Shown here piece by piece: positions 13,193 through 27,664 of a stretch of 64,000 nt of DNA. The number at the start of each line of letters is the position of its first letter. The stretch's first letter is position 1. The notes beneath the pieces were generated by a model. That model was not told where the DNA came from. It saw only the letters and a program-made list of their open reading frames with translations, and made no database searches. The position numbers were made by a program, and so were the translations under genes. This DNA comes from Eledone cirrhosa (lineage: Eukaryota), in assembly GCA_964016885.1 (NCBI GenBank), contig OZ024740.1, forward strand, positions 354,454,001 to 354,518,000. Direction: 5' to 3'.

Positions 13193-14045
13193 TACAAAAT
13201 AAATAATTCTTCATCATATATATCATTTGTAATGTTACCTACTTCATGACATCATGTTAGGTCTACATGGGCAACAATATATCACCTTCCAGAAATAATC
13301 CCACTTGTGTAAAAATGAAGTTATGTAAATGTCCTAGCTAGTTTCTAATCAATACTTGATACTCCAATCAACAGTTTATATCTAATTTTACTCAGTGTGC
13401 TGTTTATTCATGACATGTTTGTTATATATGGCTATAATATAATAAAAGGCAGTGAACTGGCAGAGTTGTTAGGGCAAGTTCAACTTTGCCTTTCTTATAT
13501 AAGTTCAATAAATAAAGAACCACTACAACACTGGGGATTGAGTATCCCATCTCTCTCTCTCTATTTATCAATTTCTCCTGGAGAGGGATGGGCTCTGCTA
13601 GGATTAAAATGCCCATGACATGTCATGTGTCAAGAGGGTGCCCCTATGACTAAGAGATGTTAAGACACTTTTTATACCCAGAATTCAAATCAATACATGC
13701 AAGGAAATGTCATTTTTAGTTTGGAATGGACTATTTTTTATATTCTTTTATTCTTTTACTGGTTTCAGTCATTAGACTGCAACCATACTAGGACTCCAGC
13801 TTGAATAGATTTAAATTAATCATATCACCCCAGTATTTTTAAAATCTGGTACTTATTTTATTAACGTTTTATTGTTACAGATCATATATATAGTAAACAT
13901 AAACACAGATACAAATACAGACACAGACACACATATATGCATCATCATCAACATCATTGTTTAACATCTATTTTCCACACTAGCACGCATATACATATAC
14001 ATCATACATATATACACACACATATATACACACACACGCGCGCGC

Positions 14046-14116
<71 letters not shown>

Positions 14117-14117
14117 G

Positions 14118-14503
14118 CAAAGGGTGGAAGAACTCATAAGAGTCAACGGCCATCCAAAAATGTGTAATATGTATATACACATGTACCACACGGTTAAACT
14201 ACTGGGAGTGAAGGACCGCTAGCCTTTGTCAGGGCATTCTTCTGGGAGAAGGCAACTCAGGAAACTGGGATGACTCTGACATAAAACCTGCGGCTCAGTA
14301 GTTACATATGATGTTGATCTTTTCTTCTTTTCGGGTTAAAGCTACTGTCGCTCAGAGAGTGGGATTGGCTCAGTGCACAGTCTTTCCTGACTTTAAAAAA
14401 TATCTTCACGCACAGGCATTGCACGATAGAATTAATTAATAATTATTAATAATGGTATATCGTGCATTGGCCATACTTGATAACGAGGGCGCAGCCATCA
14501 TCA
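14118..14503 (+). mobile_element. Short element sharing an RTE 5'-UTR segment
   Basis: GGAAGAACTCATAAGAGTCAACGGCCATCCAAAAA is identical to the RTE 5' UTR at ~4710-4745; partial third copy at 14628-14690. Confidence 0.55.
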
Positions 14504-14701
14504 TATATATAGCAATAATAATAAATGTGAAGACTAAAATCTGAAGAGGGCTTGATAAGGATAATATATATATCAAAATACATTCTTTGCTTAAACTTTA
14601 ATCTGTAATTTTAATATATATATATACAAAGGGCGGAAGAACTGATAAGAGTCAACGGGCATCCAAAAATGTGTAAATATGTATACACACGTATATGTAT
14701 A

Positions 14702-16322
14702 TCATCATCATCATCATCATCATCACCGTTTTACGTCCGTTCTTCCACGCTAGCATGGGTTAGACGGGTTGTCCTGTTGTGGGCAGTGTCTGGTCGGCTG
14801 ACCATGCCTTGCTCATACAGGAACTGATCTGGCTTGATTTCTACAGCTGGATGCCCTTCCTAACACCAACCTCATTTACAGTGAGTGCTGGGTGCTTTTT
14901 CGTGGCGCCTACACGGCCACTTTACAGTGTGGGCTGGGTGCTTTTTTGCCGTGGCACCTCCACGGCCACCTTGCGGTGGGGGGGGGGGGGGCATATTGTT
15001 TATATGCTTCAGCATGTACCCATGGGAGGTCGGGTACCCTGTATTACTGCGTGACGCCAGAAGTCACGGTCGCGTGTCATTGACTTTGAGAGGTGTAGTT
15101 GGGTAAGGTCGGCTTTTATCACCTCATCCCAAGTCATCTTGGGTCTCCCCACTCCGCGGTTTCCATCAACTTCTAGTGCTCTGCACCTTTTTATGCAGCT
15201 GTCATCCTTCATACGCATCACATGTCCATACCAGCGTAACCGCCTCTCCTGCACGCAGCATTTGATTCCTCTTATGCTCAGTCTCTCTCTCAATTCCTTT
15301 ATGCTTTGTCGTTCACGTATATTACTGTTACACATCCATCGGAGCATGCAGGCTTCGTTTCTCTCTAATCTACGTAAGTCTTCCACCTTCAGCGCCCAGG
15401 TCTCACTACCATGCAACATCGCTGTTCGGATACACGCATCATACAGTCTGCCTTTCATTCTGAGGGAGAAGCCTTTTGCAGCTAGCAGTGGTAGTAGTTC
15501 CCTAAACTTCTTCCATCCCGTTCTTACCCTAGTTATTGTACTTTCTGAGCACCCACCTCCGTTGCTAATTTGGTCACCTAGGTAGCAGAAGCTGTCTACT
15601 GTTTCTACAGGGCCCTCCCAGAGATTGGTGGTACTTGTTTCCTGTGGCTGTTTGCTTGCTGTTTCAGCACAGCTGCTGCATGTGAATCCTACATTCTTAA
15701 TTAAGCTTCCTGAGATCCCGCTACATCTCTTGTGTACCCATTGTTTGCATTTGGGGCAGAGAATGGAGTTCCTACCTACACCTTTCCTACATACTGAGCA
15801 AGGCCATTTCCCTGAGGGGATCTGGGTTCTGTTTTCTCGTCTACTTACAAGGACCTTAGTCTTTGTCATGTTGACTTTGAGGCCCTTTCTCTCTAGTCCC
15901 TGCTTCCAGGTTTGGAATTTATTCTCTAGTTCTACCATAGATTCAGCTATGAGTGCGAGGTCATCAGCATACAGGAGTTCCCATGGGCATCCGGTCTTAA
16001 ACTCCTCCGTTATTGCCTGCAGGACTATGAGGAACAGGAGAGGGCTAAGAACAGAGCCCTGGTGGACCCCAACCTGTACGCTAAATTCCTCGCTATACTC
16101 ATTGCCAATCCTAACTTTGCTGACTGCTCCCCTATACATGGCTTGTACCGCTTTCACAAGCCATTCATCTACTCCTAGTTTTCTAAGAGCCCACCAGATT
16201 ACTGCACGTGGAACTCTGTCAAAGGCTTTCTCAAGGTCGACAAATGCCAAGTAGAGTGGCTTACTTTTAGCTAGGTACTTTTCCTGTAATTGCCTCACAA
16301 GGAAGAGGGCATCAGTGGTGTC
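14702..16322 (-). mobile_element. 5'-truncated RTE LINE with an intact 429-aa RT C-terminal ORF (15009-16298) including a PHD-like finger
   Basis: FVDLEKAFD, GVHQGSVLSP, LYADD, CSVC..CPKC..HKRC..CSSC; (CAT)n tail. Confidence 0.93.
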
Positions 16323-16325
16323 TTT

Positions 16326-16972
16326 TTCTTTGAACTGAGTCCTGTATATCTCCTTATATATATTTAGTCAGTTTTGCTGATAGATGAACAGTTTAAACAA
16401 TGGGATACATTTCATGCATTAGGTAGAAAAGAAAAAATTTCATCTTTCACTGAAAAAGGGTTTTGCCGAAAACTAGGCTGTTCTTTTTTCTCAAGGCATT
16501 AAATTTATTCTACGTGTGTATATGCCTGGGGTGTCAGGGAGGGGCATGTACCTCTGTAGGGGAGGCTAGCCATGCCCTTTTCAGGACAGCTCGTCCTGCA
16601 TTGGGTCCCATCTGACACTCAGCTCTCACCTGTGGCCCCAAAAAGCTGTAGCATGCGACAGCAGCCACACCCTGGTAAACCGCCTTGGCTGGCAGGCCGA
16701 ACCCGGTTGAGGGTAACCGGACGGATCTGGCAGGGAGAAAAATAACAAGTCCATTCATGTTGCCATCTCTAAAGTGTTCAAATAGTAGAATAAATTTAAT
16801 GCCTTGAGAAAAAAGAACAGCCTAGTTTTCGGCAAAACCCTTTTTCAGTGAAAGATGAAATTTTTTCTTTTCTACCTAATGCATGAAATGTATCCCATTG
16901 TTTAAACTGTTCATCTATCAGCAAAACTGACTAAATATATATAAGGAGATATACAGGACTCAGTTCAAAGAA
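16326..16972. repeat. ~187-bp near-perfect inverted repeat (16326-16513 / 16785-16972) around a GC-rich spacer
   Basis: Direct reverse-complement comparison. Confidence 0.9.
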
Positions 16973-19900
16973 CTATATCCCTTGCCTGTCAAAATAAATC
17001 ACTAAGTCATACGGAGCAATTATCATTAAGTGATCATTTTGTAAAGTTCCTAACTAGATATTTTATTGTCATGAATTCAATAACTCACTGAATTAGTTTC
17101 AATTCCTACATTGGGCATCTTTGCCTTTCACCTTCAATGATCAGCTATATAAGTATCAGTAATATTAAAGAAAAAGAAAATTCTTCACAAAAGATTTTCA
17201 TTGTCACTGTACTTATCTAAGATCAGATCACTCTTCACTGCATGTCTACATTTAATCTTTAATTAATATAAATTTCGTAATTTTCTTCATTGATAAGAAT
17301 TGTCATTAACCCTAATGATTTTCTTCTCAATATGAGTGTAATTTTAATTGATCAAAATTCTTTTTTACTTCGTATATTAAGTACATTAGCTCAGATTTAA
17401 CTATATGAAGACGTCCCTGGGAAATATTTCAATGATAATATGGAATAGATGCAATCAATAAATAACATTCCCAACATTTCAAACTGACCTTAACAAATCA
17501 AATGAAACCAGTATTAAATAGTTACACATATACATACACACAAACAAACACACACACCACAAACACACACACAAATACACACACACCACAAACACACACA
17601 CAAATACACACACATTAATACATATGATTGTAGTTTTTAGAATGAAAGTTGCAATTTTATATAAAATAATTTGATAATTACAAGTGTTGAAATAAAGCCA
17701 AAATCATTTGACATACATTTCATGTTTATATTTCAATTATTAACAATATATCACATTAAGGTAGCAATTATCAAACAATTATTGTTAATCCTCATCATCG
17801 CCATCATTTTCATCTATATTTTCCCAACAAAGCTTGTCTCCATTTGTCTTGGTCTTATGAGGCCTAAACCTTCTTAGATCTTATTTCACCACTTTTACTG
17901 AATTCTGAAAAGACAAAGGTAGCAGTAGCAATGAAGCTAAATGATGATGGTTGAGATTGTTCCCACATGTGTACTAAATACACTATGTCAGTGTAGTTAA
18001 ATTTCATCTTGATGTATTCCATGCATTTCGATATCTTGATAACCATCCTACCTTTAACCCAGATGTGTTTCTAGGTGTATGTATCATATGACCAATGATA
18101 GAAATGTTGTCTTCCCATTCAAACCTCTCATCTCCATTTCTTTACAGGAGAGAAATAACTGAAATTATTTCATCATCAGCATCATTTTTAGGTTAACTTT
18201 ATCATGCTGAGATGGATTGAATGAAAATTTTAGAAGCAATGTTTTATAGCCAGATTCCCTTCATGGCACTAACCCTTTTAGTTGCCTCTTATGACATGCA
18301 GGGATACAGTATACTTATTTTAAACTGAAAACACAGTTATTTTGATATGCTTACAGCACCTAGGTTTCCAAGATGTTGCTTAAATACAGTGATCGGGCAA
18401 GAACCAGTGTTTTTAATGTGATACGGCCATAACTTCATATGATACAGATAAAATCTCAAATATTCTAAAACAGCGTGCTATTAACATATTTATTATCATT
18501 AGGCTCCAATAACCATTCAATTTTATAAATTGTTTTATGTTAAATGAACACAACAAAGATAGATTAGATTCTGGCTTTACTTCAAATAGAATTCCCAGCA
18601 TGCTTTAAGAAAAAAATATGGGTGAGGGCATGACAAGAGCCATTCTATCTTGAAATATTGCCAATTGCATCAATATGATAGTGAGCAGCAGCAATACACA
18701 ACATGAAACGTACAAACTTCATATTAATGTACTACTTCCTGTAAATTTAACAACTGTTAACTTACAGCTCCATCATATATGATCTCCAATCAATACTCTT
18801 AAATTTTTCTTAGTCTTATTCCAAAGGGAGAACTAGTATTTGAGGAATGCAGTAAACACAACAACAAAAAGAGCAAAACAATGCAGTAAATAAATATACA
18901 AAATTGGTATAAAAGAAATACTAAGAACTGCAAGTTATGTGAAAATTTAATCTAAAATCTTGAAGGGCAAAGTAAAATGGAAAATCATTCTCTTCATATT
19001 CTATTCAAGGACTACAAAAGCACATAGTATTCATTACAATTCATTTTCTTCTAGTTCAGGCTACTTATGAAAAAAAGATATTGTTGAAAATATGAAAACC
19101 AGTTAGGTAGATACCTGTGATGAGATGTTTCTACTCTTATAACAAACTGTTACTGCCCAGTTGCTTTACAATTTGAAGCAAGCAAAGTTAAATTACTTGT
19201 GTTAAGAAATCAATGTAAATTATAAATATGAACTTGCTAGAAGGGAAAACAAATGTTAAACGATGATGATGATGAACTAAAATAGTTTCATGCATTAACT
19301 TAATTGTTGCTCTCTTTTTCTTCTTCGATATTCATGTTAAGATGCTGGGTGACTGGACTCAACACCCTGAGTTTCTATATCTACTTCATAGATGAGTAGT
19401 TAGCAATGGAAACATCTAACAATAAAAACAGTAGGTCTAACAGCATATCTTAATTATATTTGTGGAAATATAGATATAAAAACGAAACAAACACTCTACT
19501 GTTACGGGGGTTTATAAAACAAAACTTCACTGTCTTACCCAGTTATACCACATTTTCTGTTGAATGTTACAATCCAGTTACAGAGACAACACTGAAAAAC
19601 TTTATCTTCACATAATGAAGGAGAAGTCGGGTCAGAAGAGACCAATTTGCTCGATGCTATACTTACACGAGAAGACAGCAAGTTACTCCTGAATTCTAGA
19701 GCATTTCTTACAATAAGTTAATCTTACAAGAAATATCCTGTTTATAGCTAATTTTATTGGATCATTGGAGAGATAAATGCCTGGCAACACACACAAAGGA
19801 AGGAAACAGGATACAGATTTCCAAACTTTTGCATAGCCAAGCCTATCTCTCTTTTTAGGAGATAGGATAGGTTCTGGCACAGGTTAAATATTATAAGCAT

Positions 19901-20661
19901 TTAGTTTCGGGGGGGGGGGGGGGGGTAAACAATATATAAAAGAAACAAACAAAACAGATATAATATATTGTGATGACATTAAATATTATCTGGCAAGTAT
20001 CAATGCACAAATCACATCATTGCTTATCATCCCTTATACAGGTGGACCAGTGTCATAAATCATGACAACAATAACATTGAATGTATTTAATTTTTAGAGT
20101 CCAGACTTGCCATAAATAGCAGGGTTATCAGATATACAAATGATCATACAAACTGGGAAATTTGAGTTTTGATAAACCAATGGTTTGTATAAGAGAAACC
20201 CTATAGTTTTGTTGATTACTGATATGCTGAGTGATTAAAGATAAGAATGATATTTTAATAATTTATTTCTAGGATATAATTACATAAATGTTCGGCATAT
20301 ATGTACAAATGACATATGTGATTAAATGTATGAGTAATTTAGGAGAAATAACTATTTATGAGGACAAATGCAGAGTTAGAACCCAAGATCTTGAGATTGG
20401 AAAGTGAACTTATAGCATTGATTGTGTGTAAATTTTAAAGAGTTACAGATTGAGATATATATAAATATACAAAATGCATGGTTGATTCATATTGATCAAT
20501 ATGTGAGAGTGAAGAAATATTTCAGAGGTTTCACAATACTAACATCAAATGGACATAAACTATTAAATCACAGGTGTCAAACCCTTCTGAGAGCAAAGGA
20601 CAAAATTTACAGTCACAATCTCTATTAACCCATTGAGTATCTTAAACTAAATGTCCTACTG

Positions 20662-20985
20662 GAAGGCACTCCGTTGGTTACAATGACGAGTGTTCCAGTT
20701 GATCTGATCAATGGAAAAGCCTGCTCATTAAATTAACAGGCAAGTGGCTGAGCCTTCCAAAGACACGTGTACCCTTACTGTAGTTCTCAGGGAGATTCAG
20801 CTTGACACAGAATGTGACAAGGCTGATCCTTCAAATTAAAGGCACAACTCATTTTTGTCAGCTGAGTGAACTGAAGCAACATGAAATAAAGTATCTTGCT
20901 CAAGGACACAACGCACCGCCAGGAATCAAACTCATAAACTTACGATTGTGAGTCGAATACCCTAACCACAAAGCTACATGCCTAC
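20662..20985 (-). mobile_element. tRNA-derived SINE with CORE-like central domain
   Basis: Minus strand has a tRNA-like head followed by GTCCTTGAGCAAGATACTTTATTTCA. Confidence 0.75.
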
Positions 20986-21237
20986 TACATTCACACAAAA
21001 CACAAGTAACATATGAGAACAATACTACTTTATTACTGGGGTAGTGAAAAAGCATCTATGTCATTATTCAACCTGTCTGATGTAACATCTAAATCTCCCC
21101 CAATACAACTCCTAGCATCTTTAAAATGAGGGACAAAGAGCAGCATGTTTTAAATGCTAAATCCTAGATTATAAACAGAACCTCCCATCATTAGACATAT
21201 ATTCTCTTGTATAAGATGTTATTCACAGATTCTTTAA

Positions 21238-21457
21238 CCCTTTAACATTTACATTACTCTATATATACTATTGTATTTTCACAGTAAAGGCTTCATCTCA
21301 CATAATATCTCACACAATATCGAATCTATGAGATTTTGATATTATTTATTTTGAGAACAATACCTTAACACCAGTATGAGCAGCCAGCTATGGCCAGTTT
21401 GAACAGAAGGAAGTGAGAGAATTCTGGCTGGATATAGCCGGTTTAAATGCTAAAGGG
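21238..21457. mobile_element. piggyBac-like MITE
   Basis: TTAA|CCCTTTAACATTTA ... TAAATGCTAAAGGG|TTAA: terminal inverted repeats with TTAA target duplication. Confidence 0.75.
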
Positions 21458-21852
21458 TTAACTCTTAACATCCTGTAAAGATTTAGCAAAAATTATATAA
21501 AAAGATGTTTGTTAATTAATATGTTTATAATATATTTACTAGTGGTTAGATCGTTGTGAAAACTAGCAGTATTAATTCTTAACATCATATAACTTTTTGG
21601 CAGAAAATATCAAAAAATCGGTTTGTTAATTATAGTATCTTTACTAATGGATTGATTGTTGTGGAAATTTGCAGTATTAGAGTAACGACTTGAATTGTTA
21701 ATGTGATGCAGTCATTGTTTTCTAAATGTTGAATTTGCAAATTTATTAATATCTTGTATTCCTTTAGCAGAATACTGTCTAAAAACCATCTTGTTAATTT
21801 ATATATCTACAATATGTAGGAAATCCTGAATGCATAAAATAACTGAGCACAG

Positions 21853-23260
21853 TTCTTCTTCTTCCCCCACTTATTCCTTGGAGGGTCATGGGGGAAGTGT
21901 CCCCAGGCATGCTTTCCAGTTGGTCTTGTTTGAAGCAACCGTCTCCAATTAATCCTGCTGGATCCCAAGACTTAGCTGAGCTCATAGGTGTTATCCGACC
22001 ATTTTGTTTTGGGTCTACATCTGGGTTTCCTGCCGGTCTATCCATCAATTCTTTCCTGAGACATTCTAACTACATGTCTGTAATACTGAAGCTGTGATCT
22101 TTTACTTCAGAAAAGTATTGGCTTTATCTGGAGAGATTCTCTTACCTCTGAGGTATGCACTCTATCGAGTAACAGTGCACCAAAGCCCCTTTGCAGGAAA
22201 CCCATTTCGGCTGCTTGTATTTGCAATATTCTTTCAATCATTACCATAAGAAAATGTGTTGGCATGAATATCAAATTGAAGATAGCAAGTTTGGCTTTTA
22301 CACCTACCTCCCTTTTTCTGATGATCGTATACTGAAGCTAGCACATTACTGCACCAGCTCCTTCAATTGTTGCCCTTAATTCAGCCTCTTGCCTTCCATC
22401 ACTTGTGAACACAACCCCAAGATACTTAAACTTCTCTAGTTGCTTCAGGGGAATTCTATTCACATGGAGAATGCACTGTGCAAGTTTCCTTGAGAGGACA
22501 AGTGTCTCAGTCTTTGCAGCACTGATTTTCATTCCAGCCATGCAGTATTCGGCAGCAAACCTATCAAGTGCTTGTTGTAGATCACCTGATGCAGTGTGAA
22601 TATTTAGTCAACTGTGCTGCATCCAGGATGAAAACACACTGTTTATCAACTAGCTTGAACTCAACTATCTCCCTACTTCTCTTTGCCAGACACTTAGCAT
22701 AGTCGTATAGATTTTACCGGGGGGGAGGGGGGGGGGGGGCTTAACAAGGAGATCACTTTATAATTAGAGTAATCTCTTTTGTCTCCCTTTCTGGAAATTG
22801 AGATTTTCACTCCTGATTGCCACCCAGCACTCACAAGTTGGCCAGAGAATGCCTTCTCTATATATGGCTTTTAACATTCTAGACTAAATTTCATCCTTCC
22901 CAGCAGCCTTGCCACATTTGAGCTCTTGAATTGCTCTTTTAACCTCAGCCTCTGAGAAGTTAGTATTGCTTCTTGATGCATGTCATGTACATCAGAAAAT
23001 GCTGTTATGACCAGGTTTAGGAGATCAGCAAAGTATTCTCCCCACCTCACAAGGATGCATCTCTCTGAAGAGAGGAGAACTCTTGATAGCAAGCATGGAG
23101 GAGGACTTCTTATTATGAAGTTGGTAGATTGTCTGCCAGAACACAGTTGACTGCTATAAATAAGAGCTTAGAAAATTGGGTAAAATACCCCTATAGACAG
23201 AAAAATGTGGCCAGCAGCCAGAGAATTTGTTTCTTTGTAGCTACTGCTTGCCACTTCTTT
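21853..23260 (-). mobile_element. Old degenerate RTE-clade LINE, third lineage with (GAA)n tail
   Basis: GMKISAAKTETL..LEKFKYLGVVF and RWGEYFADLLN fragments. Confidence 0.7.
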
Positions 23261-23319
23261 TCCATCTATAGGAGTATTTTATTCTATTTGTATTTAGCAA
23301 TCAACTGTGTTTACAGTTA

Positions 23320-24140
23320 TTAATGGGAAAATACTCCGAAAGTAAAATAACCCTGAAATGGGAATGCAAATGGAATAAAACAAGTTTGGCATAAATCGGA
23401 CATAGACAGTATTTTCATTATTCAAAAAATATTTTTAAGTGAATAGGATTTAAAAAATACATTAAAAGATTTTTTTTCAGTGATTTGTCAGTGAATATGA
23501 TTTCAGAAATACAAGTTGTTTGTACTTTAAGTATCTATATTTCAGCTTTCTTTAAACAGACGATATTTTAATTATTACAAAAAACATTTTTAAGTGAATA
23601 TGACTGAAAAATACGAGTTGTTTTTACAGTAAATGTTTATATTTTTGCTTTTGTTAAACAGAATATTTTAATTATTTAGAAATATTTTTAAGTGAATGTG
23701 ATTTTGAAAATACAAGTTGTTTGTACAGTAAGTATTTATATTTTAGTTTTCTTTACACAGACAATATTTTAATTTTTTTTAAAACTATTTTCAAGTGTAT
23801 AAGATTAAAAAAAATTGTTTTGGCATATTCAAAAAATATTCTTTAGTGAGAATGATTTTCCAATTTCATTGTACATTAAATACATGTCTGTTTATATTTT
23901 AATTATTCAAAAATTATTTTTAAGTGAACGTGATCCGTTGGGTCAAGGGTGGTCTAGTATATTACTAAAGTTCTGTGATTACTTGCTTGCTTGTCTGTAA
24001 TGTAATACAGTCAAAAGGGTGCATAATGGGAAAATACTTTGAAAGGAAGTTGGCCCTGAAATGGGAATACAAATGGAATAAAACAAGTTTTGCATAAATC
24101 GAAGCACGGGTTCTCGAGATATGGGATTTTTCCGGGTACC

Positions 24141-24197
<57 letters not shown>

Positions 24198-25083
24198 AGA
24201 CAGAGGAGAAACGAAAAGAGAGAGAGCTGATGGTGTTGTATATATATATATATGTGTGTGTGTGTCTATGACCAGTGTATATAGATCACAGACACCCCCA
24301 TACATATGTAGTGACATGGTTAGTGGGTCTGGTCACTACTTCTGATCGGATCTGAGAATAGCCCTTAAAAGGACTGTTATCACACACGGTAAGGAGGAAC
24401 AGACGAAGGAAGAAGTTAAAAGGATGAGCAGGCACGAAATGTAGTTTCGTTCAGCGATTTATTCCAAACATGAAGCGACGATACAGAAGTACAAGGCGTG
24501 TGTGAGTGGCATGTGTGACAGAGGAGAGAAACAACGATACACTAGGTGACTCTGCCTAAGGTCGACTGGCGAAAGCGTTTGGAACCACTCTATTTATGCA
24601 AAAATAATCGTTTGATGTCTAGCCGCTTTATTTTGGTGGCCTAATAGTTGTTTGTTTCACTGGGGTGAGGTAGCTAGGTAGGCAGATAGATAGTTGTTTA
24701 ATTCACTGGTAAGGACAGATGTTATTTCCAGACGTCCCTTTACGATCTGAGTTCAAATCCCGCCGAGGTTGACTTTGCCTTTCATCCTTACGGGGTCGAT
24801 AAAATAAAGTACCAGTAATGCACTGGGTAATTGCTGGCCTTGTGCCTAAAGTAGAAACAGTTATTTCCAGTGACTGTACTCATTTATATTTATATCTATA
24901 CAAACACACACATTTATATATATACATACACACACGTATATATATATGGGCCTTCCAGTTTCATTTTAAATTATATACATGTCTGTGTATATTTTAATTA
25001 TTTAAAAATTATTTTTAAGTGAACATGATTTTAAAAAAATATTTTGAAGTGAACGTGACCCAACGTGTCATGGATGATCCAGT
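23320..25083 (+). mobile_element. Two tandem Helitron-like non-autonomous elements with an internal AT-rich minisatellite
   Basis: Duplicated segment at 23321 and 24025; hairpin plus CTAGT/CCAGT ends at ~23958 and ~25083; degenerate tandem units at 23410-23930. Confidence 0.5.
24732..24859 (+). mobile_element. 5'-truncated SINE with 11-bp TSD
   Basis: GTTATTTCCAG at 24721-24731 and 24860-24870 flanks the B-box and body. Confidence 0.85.
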
Positions 25084-25547
25084 ATATATATATATATAAT
25101 TAAAAGGAACTTTTGAAAAGGGAATACCGAGAAAAATGTGGAATGATATGCTGATGGCAGACGCCATTCACCTACCCCCTCACCTCATCTCTCAGCCTTG
25201 CAAAGTCTATACCCTAGCTACAATCTCCACTAATGACTTCTCAGCCAAGCCAAGGACACAGAGCACCCTAGTGTTGTAATAAGGTAGTGCTGGGGTAATG
25301 ACAAAAATCACCCAGTCAACCCTGTAAGGTGGTGTCAGAGTCATAATAAAATGCACCCAGTACATGATGTAGAGTGGTTGGCATTAAGCATTGGGAAGGG
25401 TGTCCATCCATAGAAACAAAGAAGCATACAAACAGAACCTAGTCACCTGAACAGTCCAACTTCAGCATACCACAACCATCTAACCCATGCAAGCATGCAA
25501 AGTAGATGTTAAATCATGATGAAGATGATATAATTATATATACATAT

Positions 25548-25890
25548 ATCATCATCATTTCATTTTACGTCCGCTTTTTCCCTGCTTGCAAGGGTGGGAC
25601 GGGAACTGATTTTGGCTTGATTTCTACAGCTGGATGCCCTTCCTAACACCAACCTCATTTACAGTGAGTGCTGGGGGCTTTTTTGCCGTGGCACCTGCAC
25701 GACCACTTTGCAGTGGATATGATATGGACCCCAGTCCCTATCATCTCATTTCTACAGCTGAGTAAACTGGAGCAATGTGAAATAAAGTGTCTTGCTCAAG
25801 GAAACAACACATCACCTGGTCTGAGAATTGAACTCACAACCTTTCGATTGCAAGTCCAATGCTCTAACCACTAAGCCATGTGCCTCCATA
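25548..25890 (-). mobile_element. Full-length tRNA-head/CORE-like/RTE-tail SINE
   Basis: Close reverse complement of 56643-56981. Confidence 0.85.
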
Positions 25891-27664
25891 CATATGTATA
25901 TATATATTTATTTACTCAGCTGTAGAAATGAGTTGCAACATCACTGGTGCCAAGCTGTATCGGCTAACGCTTTTCCTTTGGACATCATCAGTGGCACGGA
26001 GAGGGGAGGCTGGTATGCATAGGCAACTGCTGGTCTTCCACAAACAGCCTTGCTCAGACTTGCACTTCAGAGGAAAACTTTCTAGGTGTAAATCCCATCA
26101 TCATTCGTGACCAAAGGGAGTCTTTTAAATATATATATATCATCATCATCATCGTTTATATATATATAAATATCAGAGACCACCCACTTGTTTTAGGGTC
26201 ACCCTCATAACCCAGCACTTCCTTCGCACACAGTGGCCTCTTTCCGGACAATTGGTATATAGCTTATGCCCTATGTTCAGACTAGTCACAGAACACGACA
26301 GTCAACCTAACCTAGACATAGAAAATAGCCATTTAACGATGATGATGATGATGTATTCCCTCTTGCTCTTATCCTGTCCAACCCATGCATGGAAAGCCGG
26401 GCAAATTCTACAACATACTGCTATGTGCAATCCACTCTCTTGAAGCCAAACTCCTCGGATACATCAATTGTTTTCTCACTGTGGTCTCTCATAACAATAG
26501 CATGTAGCTCAAAAGGATAAAAGGCAAAATTGACCTCCATAAGATTTGAACTTAGAGTGCAGTGAATGAGAACAAATACTGTAAAACATTTTAGCCAACG
26601 CTCTAACACATAACTATTTTCCTTATATAAAGATAATATTGATATTGGGCCATGTACATTAGTTTACTAGAGATAACAATAAAATAGTTTATTGTCAATA
26701 AATAGATCTTGACCCTCCAGTAGGGTCATAATAATATAGTTTATTTTGACAATACAAAGACACAATGATTGCACATATCAAGGAAACAATCTTGTATATG
26801 ATTCTCTCTGGTTTTGGATAACATGCAATTAAAATCCTCAAAGTCACTACAAATGCTAGGCTTCAAACTCTCTGATCTTTTCTGATGACCCCCAAACACA
26901 TAACATAACAACAACTATATTTCATACACTAGAAATCCTCTTCAAAACCAAAAGATACTTTAGCTCGAATCAATTGCTGACCCTCTAAAAAGCTCATATA
27001 AGAACGACATTTGTTGAACTATTTGATTTCCCTACAGAAAGATAATAAGTCTTGACATGCACTCATGATCATTAGATTACTTTATGCACACATATATACA
27101 TGCACATACACACATATACAAGCACACAAACACACACACAAGCATGTAAGAAATACACAACACACATGAATGCACACATGCACTAAAACATGCATGCATG
27201 CACAGGAGATCCTTCTGTAGCTCATCATGGAACATATGATGTGAAATCAATCTGTTTTCTGAAAGCCATATGAAATGAAAAACAATTCCTGCTGTTAACT
27301 GAAAATACATTTTTTTCAAAGCTTTCCAATTACAGTTTACACGTGAATACCATAAAAAAAAAAAAACAGACCAAGCAGGCTTCATACTAATTAATCAATC
27401 AATATATATTATCTTGTGTGATTGTGATCGAATCAGTTGTTTGATTTTTTTCATAAGAGTCATCCAATAATGGGTAGTTTTAGTTCTATTGCCAAATATA
27501 TAAATGGGGGTTATGATGTTGTCTTTCTCAAATTAAATGAAACAATAACAAACATGAATTGAACAAAATGTTGTGTACTCACTAAGAGTTTAGATTCTAC
27601 TCTACAACACTAAGCAATTAATTATACCAGCAATATGGTTGAAGGAAAATACTACAGTGGGACA

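Noticed and set aside
15139-16254. Plus-strand ORFs of 148 and 209 aa
   Set aside because: Antisense shadows of the RTE RT ORF
19480-19720. Possible upstream non-coding exon or promoter of the ABCA gene (minus-strand GTAAG donors at ~19538 and ~19666)
   Set aside because: Donor-like hexamers alone are not evidence; needs transcript data
24375-24720. Possible solo LTR (TG start, minus-strand TATA-like and AATAAA)
   Set aside because: No matching CA end or TSD found
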